This document shows, piece by piece, positions 46,159 to 55,997 of a stretch of 64,000 nt of DNA. The stretch is from Terriglobia bacterium (GTDB lineage: Bacteria > Acidobacteriota > Polarisedimenticolia > Polarisedimenticolales > JAIQFR01), in NCBI GenBank assembly GCA_963748015.1, contig CAVVHE010000005.1, positions 448,001 through 512,000 on the forward strand, written 5' to 3'. A program made the position numbers and the translations under genes. The first letter of the stretch is position 1. Each line of letters opens with the position of its first letter. The notes under the pieces are model-generated. The model was not told the DNA's origin. It worked only from the letters and a program-made list of their open reading frames with translations, and made no database searches.

Positions 46159-47064
46159 TTAGATCGTGTACTCGTCGGAAAGGCCGAGCGCGCGCCGCGC
46201 CGCCTGTGTGACATCACGAACCAGCGAGCTTCTTTCCCATAGCGTGGCGCGCGCGAGGAACTTCCCAATTCGCAAGCGATCGCCCGTTGACAGCGGGCAC
46301 GCGAGCAAGACTCGCATGCGCTCGTACGCCCAAGTCCAGTGCGGGAAGTTCAAGCCGGCCTTGGCGGTCGGCTCCACCCACTTCCTCATTTCTTTCGCTG
46401 TCTTTACACGCGATATCGAGCCGGGATGAAATCGCCTGAGCAGAACCGGTCCTACCGGTTGGACCACCTGGCCTCGCAGCGCCAGTTCCCAAAGAAAGAC
46501 CGGGTCCCAACCGGGATAGTTGGGCCCCGTTCGCATGAGCCGCAGCGTTGACGCACGCAACAAGCCGTACGCGATCACATGCTGATAGTTCGCCAATAGG
46601 ACGGCGTGCGCGCGCTCAAACGCGTCGGAAGATTGCAAGTCAAGGGTCCTAGGCGCGGAACCGATGATTTCACCCTGCTCGTCGATGTTCTTCGTGTCGG
46701 GCACGACCGCTTCGACTTCGGGCCGGGTGTCCAACACCGTTACCATCGCCAGCAGCAATTCGGGCTCCATGATGTCGTCGGCCCCAGCCCAACGGAAATA
46801 CTGCTTTGGACTCTCGATCGCATCGAGCACCCGTCGATGGTTCCAGAGAATTCCTCGATTCTCATCGGATCGCAGGTACTTGACCCGCTTGTCCTTGCTC
46901 GCGTAGACGGCGCAGATTTCGGGGGTCGCGTCTGTCGAACCATTGTCCGAAATCACCAGATCGAAATCGCCGAAGGACTGGGCCAAATGACTTTCGATCG
47001 CGGCGCCGAGATACTTCTGGCCGTTATACACTGGAAGGCCAATGATCACTTTGCGTTCATTCAT
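46159..47064 (-). CDS. Glycosyltransferase family 2
   Basis: IGLPVYNG, ISDNGSTD, YFRWAGADD, ELALRG. Confidence 0.9.
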   Translation of the reverse strand: MNERKVIIGLPVYNGQKYLGAAIESHLAQSFGDFDLVISDNGSTDATPEICAVYASKDKRVKYLRSDENRGILWNHRRVLDAIESPKQYFRWAGADDIMEPELLLAMVTVLDTRPEVEAVVPDTKNIDEQGEIIGSAPRTLDLQSSDAFERAHAVLLANYQHVIAYGLLRASTLRLMRTGPNYPGWDPVFLWELALRGQVVQPVGPVLLRRFHPGSISRVKTAKEMRKWVEPTAKAGLNFPHWTWAYERMRVLLACPLSTGDRLRIGKFLARATLWERSSLVRDVTQAARRALGLSDEYTI

Positions 47065-47076
47065 CGAGTTGCTCGT

Positions 47077-47856
47077 CTACCGGTTTCCCGCCTCGAAGGT
47101 TTTCCAACCGTAGCTCGACGAGGTGACACCGCCCCTATCGGTAGGCCAGAATCCCACCCCGGGTTGTCCATCGGTCCATGTCGAATTGGATGGGCCGGTG
47201 AGCACGAGCGAGCCATTCCTGTATACCTTGATGACGCTGCCGATGATCTCGACCCGCAGCACATCGCCGTCGACCGCCGGTGCAATCGTGGTACTGGCAA
47301 GGGACGTGTAGTCCCCGAGCGGGCCGTTCCAGCGGATAATCGCGATTTCGCCGTTCGTCTGACCGCCCCCTCCCCACAGCACTTCGTAGCCGCGCGCGTT
47401 GTGCGCGGTGATCTTGAATCGGAGCAGAAGCTCGATCTCGTGGCTCCCGCTTGGCGCGTAGCCTGCCGCGCGGTACACGGTCCCCTGTGCGTACTGGTCG
47501 GCTGCGAACGTGGTGTTCAGGACCGCGATGTCGTCGTTGTAGCTGCTGACGATCACCGCCCCGTAGGCTCTGCCGGGTATCGTCTGCACGTTGTTCCAGT
47601 CGAGTCCGACCGTCTTGCCGTTGATCCAATTCCCACCCTCGGAGATCGGATTCTCCGCGAGCGGGAAACCCGTGCCATAGAAATCATGGGAATTGCCGTC
47701 CGGGAGGCTTAGGATTCTGACATTCCTGGGGGCTTCCGGGGTCTGCGAAATCGCTGGTGATCCGGAACCCAAGGCAATTGTCAGGAGCAAAACGGATCTG
47801 GTAATGCAGTTTGCCAGATACCGGTGTGTGGGTTGGGGAGAATTCATGATCTCCAC
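47077..47856 (-). CDS. Secreted beta-sandwich (concanavalin/lectin-like) protein with an N-terminal PEAPRNVRIL peptide
   Basis: Signal peptide, ENPISEGGNW, ADQYAQG, GDVLRVEIIG..VYRNG, GQPGVGF. Confidence 0.65.
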   Translation of the reverse strand: MEIMNSPQPTHRYLANCITRSVLLLTIALGSGSPAISQTPEAPRNVRILSLPDGNSHDFYGTGFPLAENPISEGGNWINGKTVGLDWNNVQTIPGRAYGAVIVSSYNDDIAVLNTTFAADQYAQGTVYRAAGYAPSGSHEIELLLRFKITAHNARGYEVLWGGGGQTNGEIAIIRWNGPLGDYTSLASTTIAPAVDGDVLRVEIIGSVIKVYRNGSLVLTGPSNSTWTDGQPGVGFWPTDRGGVTSSSYGWKTFEAGNR

Positions 47857-48409
47857 TCCTCTGCGGAAACGGGATTCTCATTCGGCATGGAATTCGTTCT
47901 CTATGATGTCGCGTATGTGTAACCGATCCTCCCGGCAAAATGAGACATGTTGCAGCACAGGACGAGGAACTCGACCTCCGAGAGCGCATATAGTGGGAAT
48001 CCCGTGCCAGCGGAGCGAGAGCTCTGTGGGGTCGCCTCCCGCGAGGAGCGCAGGCAACTCACCCGCGCCGCAGGAGTTCGCCGCACGGTGATCCGCGCCG
48101 ACATACCTCGACCCCTCGAAAGCCCCACCACCCCGGGAGACCAGCCCTCGGCTAGAATGGACCATCGATTGTTAATATATGGCCGGCCTAGGTGAAAAGC
48201 CAGGACGACCTGGGGGGCTTCCTTGACGCCCCGAGCAACGTGACGGGCAACGGGAGATTTTGCTCCCTGCCTGATGGTTTCCGGATCGAGGCGGAACCTG
48301 TTGCAAAACCGATTTGTGGCTGGGCCGCATTGGGACGGCGCCGCGAGAGTGCTTTTGTCGCACGGGAGTTCCGATTCGGCCGCGAACGGTCGAGCGGGAG
48401 GGTACCGGC

Positions 48410-49783
48410 CTAGACGAGCAGGCGACGGGGAGAGTTTTGCTGCAAACTTTCGACGTGCCCCGTCAAGCGGGTCGGGCGAGCGTGCGGAAAGTCGCGTGGG
48501 GCATCGCCGGCCACGGGAATCGGGGCCCCGTTCGCCGCGCCCGGGCCGTCCGCGGCGATCCCGAGGGAAGCGGCGATTCGGTCGGCCACGATCTCGACGC
48601 TCGCCTGCCAGTCATGCCTCCTCGCTTCCTCTCGACGGGCTCTGCGCGCTTCGGGGTCGAGGCCGGCCGGCCCGAGGAGCTTTGAGATCGCGGCCGACCA
48701 CTCGTCGCATGTCGTGGCCACCTCGACGAGGTGGCAGACGCCGTCGATCGCCGGAATCGGCGAGCTGACCACCGGCCGGCCGCTCGCGAGGTACTCGTAG
48801 AGCTTGAGCGGGTCGATGTACTTGGTGTAGTCATCGACCCGGTACGGCATGAGACAGACGTCGAAGTGTTGAGGATACGCGGGCAGGTTCGCGACGTTTC
48901 TCGCGCCGAGGAACGTCACGTTGGGCAGCGCCGCCATCCGCCGGAGGGGCTCCTCGATCGCGGCGTGAGGGCTTCGTTTCCCGACGAAGACGAAGTTCCA
49001 CGAGGGGTGTCGCTCGGGCAACTGGGCGAGGATCTGCCAGTCCAGCTGCTTCTTGATGAATCCGATGTATCCGATCCTCGGTCGGGGGACGGCGGCCAGG
49101 TCGGGGGGCTCGGGTTCTTCCCGGGAGAAAGCCTCGTAGTTCACGCCGTTGCGGCAGAGGAACGAGTTCGGGTTGAGCGGCCCCTTCTTCTCGAACATCG
49201 TCGGCGAGCTGATGAACACGTGGTCCACGGAGCGGATGAGCCGCGCTTCCGACTCATCGATGGGGACCTCGACCGGCGAGAACGAGAACTCGTCATCGAT
49301 GTGGTAACAGCTTGCGTCGTAGTCCGTCCGCGATAGCGCGTAGGCGTATTGCGGCCTCCACAAGTAGAGCACGATCTTGCGGCAGCCCTGGCGCAAGAGT
49401 ATCCGCCTCGCCTGGCGGATCCGCGCCGACGCGAGGGCCGCGCCGAGCCAGGCGGGCCGGTGCACCTTCGGAAGCAGGAGCCCGGGCTTGTACACCGAGA
49501 AGCCGGCGGGAAGGTTCTCTCGAGTTTCGTCGGGACGCAACGCCTCCTTCGCCAGCGACCAGGAATCCCGCCAACCGTGCGCGGGATTCACCCAGACCAC
49601 TCGGAAGTGACTCGCGAGACGAGTGAGCACCTGGTGCGGGACCTGCCAGTACGGCGTCCATTCATGCCCGACCAGAGCGATGACCCCGACCTCGGGATGG
49701 GTGAGTTCGATCCGGCTCAAGGATGAACCTCGAAACGTCGCGCGCAGAGGATCGGCGCCACGATCGTCCTGATGCGCACCCAC
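48410..49783 (-). CDS. GT-B glycosyltransferase (TuaH-like; start uncertain)
   Basis: YHIDDEFS, NGVNYEAF, RIGYIG, PLKLYEYLASGRPVVS. Confidence 0.85.
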   Translation of the reverse strand: MGAHQDDRGADPLRATFRGSSLSRIELTHPEVGVIALVGHEWTPYWQVPHQVLTRLASHFRVVWVNPAHGWRDSWSLAKEALRPDETRENLPAGFSVYKPGLLLPKVHRPAWLGAALASARIRQARRILLRQGCRKIVLYLWRPQYAYALSRTDYDASCYHIDDEFSFSPVEVPIDESEARLIRSVDHVFISSPTMFEKKGPLNPNSFLCRNGVNYEAFSREEPEPPDLAAVPRPRIGYIGFIKKQLDWQILAQLPERHPSWNFVFVGKRSPHAAIEEPLRRMAALPNVTFLGARNVANLPAYPQHFDVCLMPYRVDDYTKYIDPLKLYEYLASGRPVVSSPIPAIDGVCHLVEVATTCDEWSAAISKLLGPAGLDPEARRARREEARRHDWQASVEIVADRIAASLGIAADGPGAANGAPIPVAGDAPRDFPHARPTRLTGHVESLQQNSPRRLLV

Positions 49784-50219
49784 CCGCGAGTTAGGCGCAC
49801 GCTCATCAATCCGACTCCAACACAGGTCACCCGGGTCCCGCTCGCGGCCACAGACCCCAATTCTCCGTCCTCGTCTACCACCGCCAGGTCCTAGGGGTTC
49901 CGTGGCCCGCCGCCCCCGGGATCGCCAATGCTCCCCCCTTGCCCGGGACTAGGCGGGCCGGAACCCATTCATAACATAGTGACTGGAAGGCTAATAGCCC
50001 ACCCCTACCCTGTCACGGAGAAATCGGCGGTCCGAGCGAGGGCTGGCCGGGACGATCCATGGTTCGGCGGCGTTGCAAGGCGCCGGTGATCTCGGCCTAT
50101 GATGACACTCGCGCGCCACCAAACGCTCGAGCCATTGCGCTTCCGGCTCCATCCCCGCTGGAGGGATGGGACGGCGCGGAGATTGAATCGATGGACTTCC
50201 GGATCAAACCGACCGAGAG

Positions 50220-50400
50220 GGGTTTCGTGGTCCCCCGGGAGGGAGAAACGGTGGACCCGGAACGACTCGTGTCCTTCTGCGACAAGAGGCTCCCCCCCTA
50301 TATGCTACCCAAGAAGGTCGAGGTCCTCGACGCGCTACCGAAGACGCCGAGCGGAAAAGTGGACTGTCCGGCGTAGCGGCGTCGTGAAGGCCTCGCGTGA
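50220..50400 (+). pseudogene. Remnant C-terminus of an AMP-binding acyl-CoA ligase
   Basis: FVVPREG..FCDKRLPPYMLPKKVEVLDALPKTPSGKVDCPA*RRREGLA*, with no upstream adenylation domain. Confidence 0.7.
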
Positions 50401-50502
50401 CGATTTCCCGGGCGGGGTTTCGTCGAAGGTCGTAAGATTTCAGGAGCTTGCGATGATGCGAGACTCCGCGGACGATAGAGCTTCGCGCCCGCGGGTCACC
50501 AG

Positions 50503-51399
50503 GTGGGGAGGATGCTCGGCGAAATGTTGAAGAGGTTCCTGACTCCGAAACGCAAGGTCCTGATCAAGGAGGCGTTGCGGACCGCGGAAAAGTCGTTCGC
50601 CGACCTCCTGTTCCGTTATGGGCCGGCGGATCTGGCGGATGCTTTGGCCGGACTCGGCGTCCGCCGGGGAGACACGCTCCTCGTGCACAGCTCGATCCGA
50701 CAGACCAGCGGCTTCACCGGGAATCCCCAAGACGTTATCGGCTGCCTCCTCGAGGCGGTGGGCGCGGAAGGCAACCTGCTGATGGTCTCGTTGCCGTTTC
50801 GTACTTCTGCTTACGAATACCTCCGCGAGGATCCGCTCTTCGACGTGCGACGGACGATGTCCCAAATGGGCATAATCTCGGAGATCTTCCGGCGAAGGAG
50901 CGGCGTGCGCCGGAGTCTGCACCCCACGCATCCCGTTCTCGCCTTCGGCAAGGACGCGGACTGGCTGGTCCGGGATCACGAGAAGTCCACCGTCCCGTGC
51001 GGCGTGGACACCCCCTTCGGGAAGTTCCGGCAGCTGGGGGGAAAGGTGCTTTTCTTCGACGTGCCGTTCGACACGTTCACCTTCATCCACCACATCGAGG
51101 ATTTGCTCGAGGGTTCCCTTCCGTTCCCGGTCTACCGGGACGAGCCGATCCCGGCCCGGGTGGTGGACGACCGTGGGATGACGCTGGTGGTGCCGACGCG
51201 CGTCTTCAGCGAAAAGGCCGTGACCACGAGGAACCCTTCGGTGCTCGAGAGTCGTCTGCGAAAGAAGAAGCTCCTTGGGCACGCGAAGGTCGGCCGGACC
51301 AGACTGATGCTCGTGAAGAGCGAGGACGCGGCCCGGGAAGCCCTGGAGATGGCAGCACAAGGAACTTTCTTTTATCGATCCGAGGAAGGGCGGCGATGA
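50503..51399 (+). CDS. AAC(3)/YokD-family N-acetyl(acyl)transferase
   Basis: LGVRRGDTLLVHSS, MGIISEIFR, RSLHPTH, TFIHHIE. Confidence 0.85.
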   Translation: MGRMLGEMLKRFLTPKRKVLIKEALRTAEKSFADLLFRYGPADLADALAGLGVRRGDTLLVHSSIRQTSGFTGNPQDVIGCLLEAVGAEGNLLMVSLPFRTSAYEYLREDPLFDVRRTMSQMGIISEIFRRRSGVRRSLHPTHPVLAFGKDADWLVRDHEKSTVPCGVDTPFGKFRQLGGKVLFFDVPFDTFTFIHHIEDLLEGSLPFPVYRDEPIPARVVDDRGMTLVVPTRVFSEKAVTTRNPSVLESRLRKKKLLGHAKVGRTRLMLVKSEDAAREALEMAAQGTFFYRSEEGRR

Positions 51400-52709
51400 C
51401 CCCCTTGAGCATCGGCGAGCTCCTGAGGTATGGAACGTCCCTTCTGAGCCCGCAGCTCGTCGGGTTGTACCTGACAGGCCGGCGTCGGCACCCCGTCGAG
51501 ACCCGCGCGCATCTGGCGGCGGCCGCCGCGTGGCTGTGCCGGGCGCAGGACGCAACCGGCAACGGGGGGGTCGCCCGAGGCTACTCCTTCGTCTACAAGA
51601 GGGGTTTCGGGCGCGGCGGGTGGCAGCCGGCATATCCCGAAACCACGGGGTACATCATCCCCACGGTGTTCGACTATGCCCACATGGTGGGCAGCCAGGA
51701 GCTGTTCGACCGGTCGCTCAGGATGGCCGACTGGGAATGCGACGTCCAGATGCCGAGCGGCGCCGTGCAGGGCGGCACGATCGATCACGAGCCGACTCCC
51801 GCGATCTTCAACACGGGCCAAGTGATTTTCGGGTGGGTCAGGGCCTGGCAAGAGAGCGGGAACACGAGATACCTCGAGTGTGCCGTCAGGGCGGGCGACT
51901 TCCTCGTGCAGCAGCAGGACCCGGACGGGGCCTGGCGGCGAAATCTATCCCGGTATGCTTCCCCGACCATGCCGACCTACACCTACAACACCAGGACCGC
52001 GTGGGCACTGCTGTTGCTCTCCTCCGCTTGCGGCAAGCGCGAATTCTGGGATGCGGCGATTCGCAACGTGGACCACGCGATGTCGCAGCGGGCGGAGAAC
52101 GGCTACTTCTGGAATAACTGCCTGGACGAGTCGGACCAAGCGCTGCTGCATACGATCGCCTATTGCCTGCGCGGGATTCTCGAGGTGGGGATCCTGGCGA
52201 GCAGCCGGCGTTTTCTGGATTCGGTCGTCCTGGCCGCGGATGCGTTGCTCGGGGCCATTCGCAAGGACGGCAGCCTCGCCGGGCGATTCGACCCCGCATG
52301 GAAACCCGCCGTGACGTGGAGCTGCCTCACCGGCAATTCGCAGCTGGCTCTGACCTTCGGCCGCCTCTACCACGTTCTCAGCGAGAAGAAGTACCTCGAC
52401 GGGCTGAAGGCGATCAACGCTTTCCAGCGCAGCCTGCAAATCCTCGACCCCCGCCGGCCGGACATCCATGGCGGCATCTGCGGCTCCTATCCGATCCACG
52501 GGGAGTACGGCAAGTTCGAGATCCCGAGTTGGGCGGTGAAGTTCTTCATGGACGCGTTGATGGTGGAGCTCGAACTCACCGAAGAGACGACGCTTTTGCT
52601 GGGCCTGCCGGACCGTCACGGCGTCGTGAAAACGGCCTTCACGGGCATCGAATACGGATCCGGCCGGCCACGGGGCGCCGTGCCCGCGGACGATGCCCGA
52701 CGCGACTGA
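51396..52709 (+). CDS. Alpha/alpha-toroid protein (glycoside hydrolase/terpene cyclase-like), EPS-locus hypothetical
   Basis: WLCRAQDA, YPETTGYIIPT, FNTGQV, HTIAY, CLTG..Q, WAVKFFMDAL. Confidence 0.7.
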   Translation: MTPLSIGELLRYGTSLLSPQLVGLYLTGRRRHPVETRAHLAAAAAWLCRAQDATGNGGVARGYSFVYKRGFGRGGWQPAYPETTGYIIPTVFDYAHMVGSQELFDRSLRMADWECDVQMPSGAVQGGTIDHEPTPAIFNTGQVIFGWVRAWQESGNTRYLECAVRAGDFLVQQQDPDGAWRRNLSRYASPTMPTYTYNTRTAWALLLLSSACGKREFWDAAIRNVDHAMSQRAENGYFWNNCLDESDQALLHTIAYCLRGILEVGILASSRRFLDSVVLAADALLGAIRKDGSLAGRFDPAWKPAVTWSCLTGNSQLALTFGRLYHVLSEKKYLDGLKAINAFQRSLQILDPRRPDIHGGICGSYPIHGEYGKFEIPSWAVKFFMDALMVELELTEETTLLLGLPDRHGVVKTAFTGIEYGSGRPRGAVPADDARRD

Positions 52710-52724
52710 GGGAGTGAAAAAGCG

Positions 52725-53732
52725 ATGGATCGTTACCGAGAACTCCATCCCTGGTTGCGATTCGACCCCGCGGAAGCCGTTGCCTCCCTGTCGGAGCGGT
52801 TCCGGGAGGCGATCCATGGCGAGCTGCGGCGCAAGGGCGCCGTCGTCGCGATGTCCGGCGGGATCGACAGCTCCGTCTGCGCCGCTCTCGCAGCCTCCGC
52901 TCTTTCGCCGGAACGTGTCCTGGGCCTGGCGCTCCCGGAGCGCGATTCCTCTCCGTCCAGTCTTCGGCTGGCGGAGCAGGTCGCGACACATCTCGGGATC
53001 TCCCTCGTGACCGAGGATCTGTCGGCCGCTCTCGACGCCGTCGGCTGCTACCGGCGCCGGGACGAGGCGTTCCGCGGCGTCTTTCCGGACTACGGCGCGG
53101 GGTGGAAGAGCAAGATCGTCGCCGCGGGGAGGAACTCGGAGACGGACAGGTTCACCTGGTTCAAGCTGGTGGTGGAGTCGCCCGGCGGGGAGCGGATGGA
53201 GAAACGCCTTCCCCTGCGGGAGTACCTGGAGATCGTCGCGGCCACGAACTTCAAGCAGCGCCTCCGGAAAACGATGGAGTACTACCACGCCGACCGGATG
53301 CATTACGCCGTCATCGGAACGCCGAACCGCCTGGAGTACGACCAGGGTTTCTTCGTGAAGAACGGCGACGGCTCGGCCGACGTCAAGCCGATCGCGCACC
53401 TCTACAAGAGCCAGGTATACGAGCTGGCCAGGTTCCTGGGCGTGCCGGACGTGGTCCTCTCGGCTCGCCCGACCACGGACACGTACAGCCTCGAGCAGGG
53501 GCAGGACGAGTTCTACTTCGTGGTGCCTCACGAAGCCATGGACCTGATCCTCTTCGGGATGAACCACGGCCGGAGCGTGGAAGAAATCGCCGCCGAGACG
53601 GGTCTCGGCGCGGATCGAGTCCGCCTCGTCTTCCAGGACATCCGGGACAAGCGACGGACGACTCGACCCCTGCACTTGAAACCGGTTCTCCTGGAGCCCG
53701 TGCCCGAGGTGGACACGAACCCGGCCTCCTGA
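52725..53732 (+). CDS. nadE: NAD+ synthetase-like N-type ATP pyrophosphatase
   Basis: SGGIDSS PP-loop, ATNFKQR, GTPNRLEY..GFFVKNGDG, PIAHLYKSQV, PTTDTY. Confidence 0.75.
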   Translation: MDRYRELHPWLRFDPAEAVASLSERFREAIHGELRRKGAVVAMSGGIDSSVCAALAASALSPERVLGLALPERDSSPSSLRLAEQVATHLGISLVTEDLSAALDAVGCYRRRDEAFRGVFPDYGAGWKSKIVAAGRNSETDRFTWFKLVVESPGGERMEKRLPLREYLEIVAATNFKQRLRKTMEYYHADRMHYAVIGTPNRLEYDQGFFVKNGDGSADVKPIAHLYKSQVYELARFLGVPDVVLSARPTTDTYSLEQGQDEFYFVVPHEAMDLILFGMNHGRSVEEIAAETGLGADRVRLVFQDIRDKRRTTRPLHLKPVLLEPVPEVDTNPAS

Positions 53733-53758
53733 CCGGGCGAAGGGACCCCGAGGCGCCG

Positions 53759-55723
53759 ATGTGCGGTCTGGCCGGATGGTACGACCCCGCCGGGGGCCCC
53801 TCCTCGGAGGCGCTCCTGCGGAGGATGCTCCGCTTGCTCCACCATCGGGGCCCCGACGAGTTCGGCATCTACCGGGGCCGGGGGATCGGCTTCGCGCACA
53901 CCCGGCTATCCATCATCGACCTGAGCACCGGGCAGCAGCCCATGTGCAACGAGGACCGGTCGCTCTGGATCGTGTTCAACGGCGAGATCTTCAACTACCT
54001 CGAGCTGCGGGAGGGCCTGCTGCGGCGCGGCCACCGGTTCGCGTCGACGTCGGACACCGAGGTCCTCCTCCACCTTTACGAGGAAAAGGGAGCCGACGCG
54101 CTGGCGGACCTGAACGGCCAGTTCGCGTTCGCCATCTGGGACAGCTTGAAGCGGGAGTTGTTCCTGGCCCGCGACCGCGTGGGCATCCGGCCGTTGTTCT
54201 ACGCGCGGCACGGTGACGAGTGGCTCTTCGGCTCGGAGATCAAGGCCCTCTTCGCCGATCGCCGTCTGAAGCGGGAGATCGACCCCGTTGCCCTCGACGA
54301 CGTCTTCACCTTCTGGATGCCGCTCTCCCCTCGCACGGCCTTCGTGGGGGTGCGCGAGCTGCCTCCGGCCCACTGGATGCGGATCGGGGAGAACGGCTCG
54401 GTCATGGGACGCTACTGGGACCTGCCGACTGAAGCGGAACCGGCCGGCGCGCGGCCGGAGGAGTACTACGCCGAGGGGTTGCGAGAGCTTCTCATCGACT
54501 CCACGCGACTGCAGCTCCGAGCCGACGTCTCCGTGGGGGCGTACTTGAGCGGCGGCCTAGACTCCTCCGTGACCGCCGGTCTCGTCCGTCACTTCACCGA
54601 CAGCCGCCTGTCCACCTTCTCGGTCACCTTCCGCGATCCCGAATTCGACGAGAGCGACAAGCAGCGGATCATGACCGAGTTCCTGAAAACGGACCACGCG
54701 GCGGTCGCCTGCGGCGACCAGGACATCGCGGAGGCCTTCCCATCGGTCATCTGGCATGCGGAGGTCCCGGTCTTGAGGACCGCGCCGGCTCCTCTGTTCC
54801 TGCTGTCGCGCCTCGTACGCGAGAGCTCGTACAAGGTCGTCCTCACAGGCGAAGGCGCGGACGAGATCCTGGCCGGCTACGACCTGTTCAAGGAAGACAA
54901 GATCCGGCGATTCATGGCGGTCTTTCCGGATTCCCGGTTGCGACCGCTCCTCCTGCAGCGGCTCTATCCGTACCTGCGGCAGTCGCCGACGAAATCGCTC
55001 GCCTATGCGAGAGCTTTCTTCGGAGCGCCGATCGCACCCTTCGACGGCGCATTCCATTCGCACGCGCCGCGCTGGAACATGACGGCGGGCGGGAAGGTAT
55101 TTTTCTCGGACGAAATCCTGCGGCGGGCCGCCGAGCAGCCGGCGCAGGAGCGCGTGGCTCGGGCGCTCGGGAATCCCGGCGGGGATCCGCTCGGGCGGGC
55201 CCAGCAGATCGAGATGAGGACGCTGCTCCCGGGCTACCTCCTCTCGTCCCAGGGAGACCGGATGCTGATGGCCCACTCGGTCGAGGGGCGCTTCCCCTTC
55301 CTGGACCACCGGGTGGTGGAGTTCAGCCTGCGCATCCCGCCCCACCTTCGTCTCAAGGGGCTCAGGGAGAAGCACATCCTCCGGCGAGCCATGGCCGGTC
55401 TGCTGCCCGAGGCGATCCTGGGCATGGTCAAGCAGCCCTACCGGGCCCCGGACGCGCGGTGCTTTCTCGGCGGGGCGGGTGATACGTCGGTCCCGGAGCT
55501 GCTCTCGTCGGACAATCTCGCCGAATCGGGGTATTTTGATCCGCTCCGGGTGGGGCAGTTGGTGGCCAAGCTCGGGGCGAGCGAGGTCAGCGGGTTCAAG
55601 GACAACATGGCCTTCATGGGCATCCTATCCACGCAGATGCTCCACCGCCTGTTCATCCGCGATTTCGGCGCGAGCGGCGGAGAGGAGATTCGCGGCGTTC
55701 GGGTTGTCGAGGGAGACCGATGA
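53759..55723 (+). CDS. asnB: Asparagine synthase (glutamine-hydrolysing)-like amidotransferase
   Basis: MCG Ntn start, HRGPD, FNGEIFNY, LSGGLDSS, TGEGADE, EGRFPFLD. Confidence 0.9.
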   Translation: MCGLAGWYDPAGGPSSEALLRRMLRLLHHRGPDEFGIYRGRGIGFAHTRLSIIDLSTGQQPMCNEDRSLWIVFNGEIFNYLELREGLLRRGHRFASTSDTEVLLHLYEEKGADALADLNGQFAFAIWDSLKRELFLARDRVGIRPLFYARHGDEWLFGSEIKALFADRRLKREIDPVALDDVFTFWMPLSPRTAFVGVRELPPAHWMRIGENGSVMGRYWDLPTEAEPAGARPEEYYAEGLRELLIDSTRLQLRADVSVGAYLSGGLDSSVTAGLVRHFTDSRLSTFSVTFRDPEFDESDKQRIMTEFLKTDHAAVACGDQDIAEAFPSVIWHAEVPVLRTAPAPLFLLSRLVRESSYKVVLTGEGADEILAGYDLFKEDKIRRFMAVFPDSRLRPLLLQRLYPYLRQSPTKSLAYARAFFGAPIAPFDGAFHSHAPRWNMTAGGKVFFSDEILRRAAEQPAQERVARALGNPGGDPLGRAQQIEMRTLLPGYLLSSQGDRMLMAHSVEGRFPFLDHRVVEFSLRIPPHLRLKGLREKHILRRAMAGLLPEAILGMVKQPYRAPDARCFLGGAGDTSVPELLSSDNLAESGYFDPLRVGQLVAKLGASEVSGFKDNMAFMGILSTQMLHRLFIRDFGASGGEEIRGVRVVEGDR

Positions 55724-55748
55724 AGGCTCTCGAGGAGGAGTTGCCTCT

Positions 55749-55997
55749 ATGGATGTGGAACGGGAAGTGCGGGAGTTCGTCGTGAAGAACTTTCTCTACG
55801 GAGACGACAACACCGGCCTCAAGGAGACCGATTCCTTCATCGATCGGGGAATAATCGATTCCACGGGCGTGCTGGAGATCGTCAACTTCCTCGAGAGCCG
55901 CTTCGAGATCGCGCTGCGCGACGACGAGCTGGTGCCGGAGAACCTCGACTCGATCGAGAAGATCGCCCGGTTCGTGCTCGGGAAACGGAGCTCGTGA
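55749..55997 (+). CDS. Acyl carrier protein
   Basis: [10 protein letters not shown] phosphopantetheine site, PENLDSIE. Confidence 0.9.
   Translation: MDVEREVREFVVKNFLYGDDNTGLKETDSFIDRGIIDSTGVLEIVNFLESRFEIALRDDELVPENLDSIEKIARFVLGKRSS

Noticed and set aside
23057..47856. PEP-CTERM sorting signals or an exosortase gene
   Set aside because: No VPEP-TM-basic C-terminus on any secreted protein and no exosortase in the window; one may lie outside it
50503..51399. Aminoglycoside resistance gene aac(3)
   Set aside because: Only family-level motifs are seen, and the operon context is polysaccharide tailoring with no mobile element
26341..55723. Lasso peptide cluster (precursor + PqqD + AsnB-like cyclase)
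   Set aside because: The AsnB is about 25 kb away and has an intact MCG glutaminase domain, no transglutaminase-like B2 peptidase is present, and the peptide lacks a lasso YxxP..T leader
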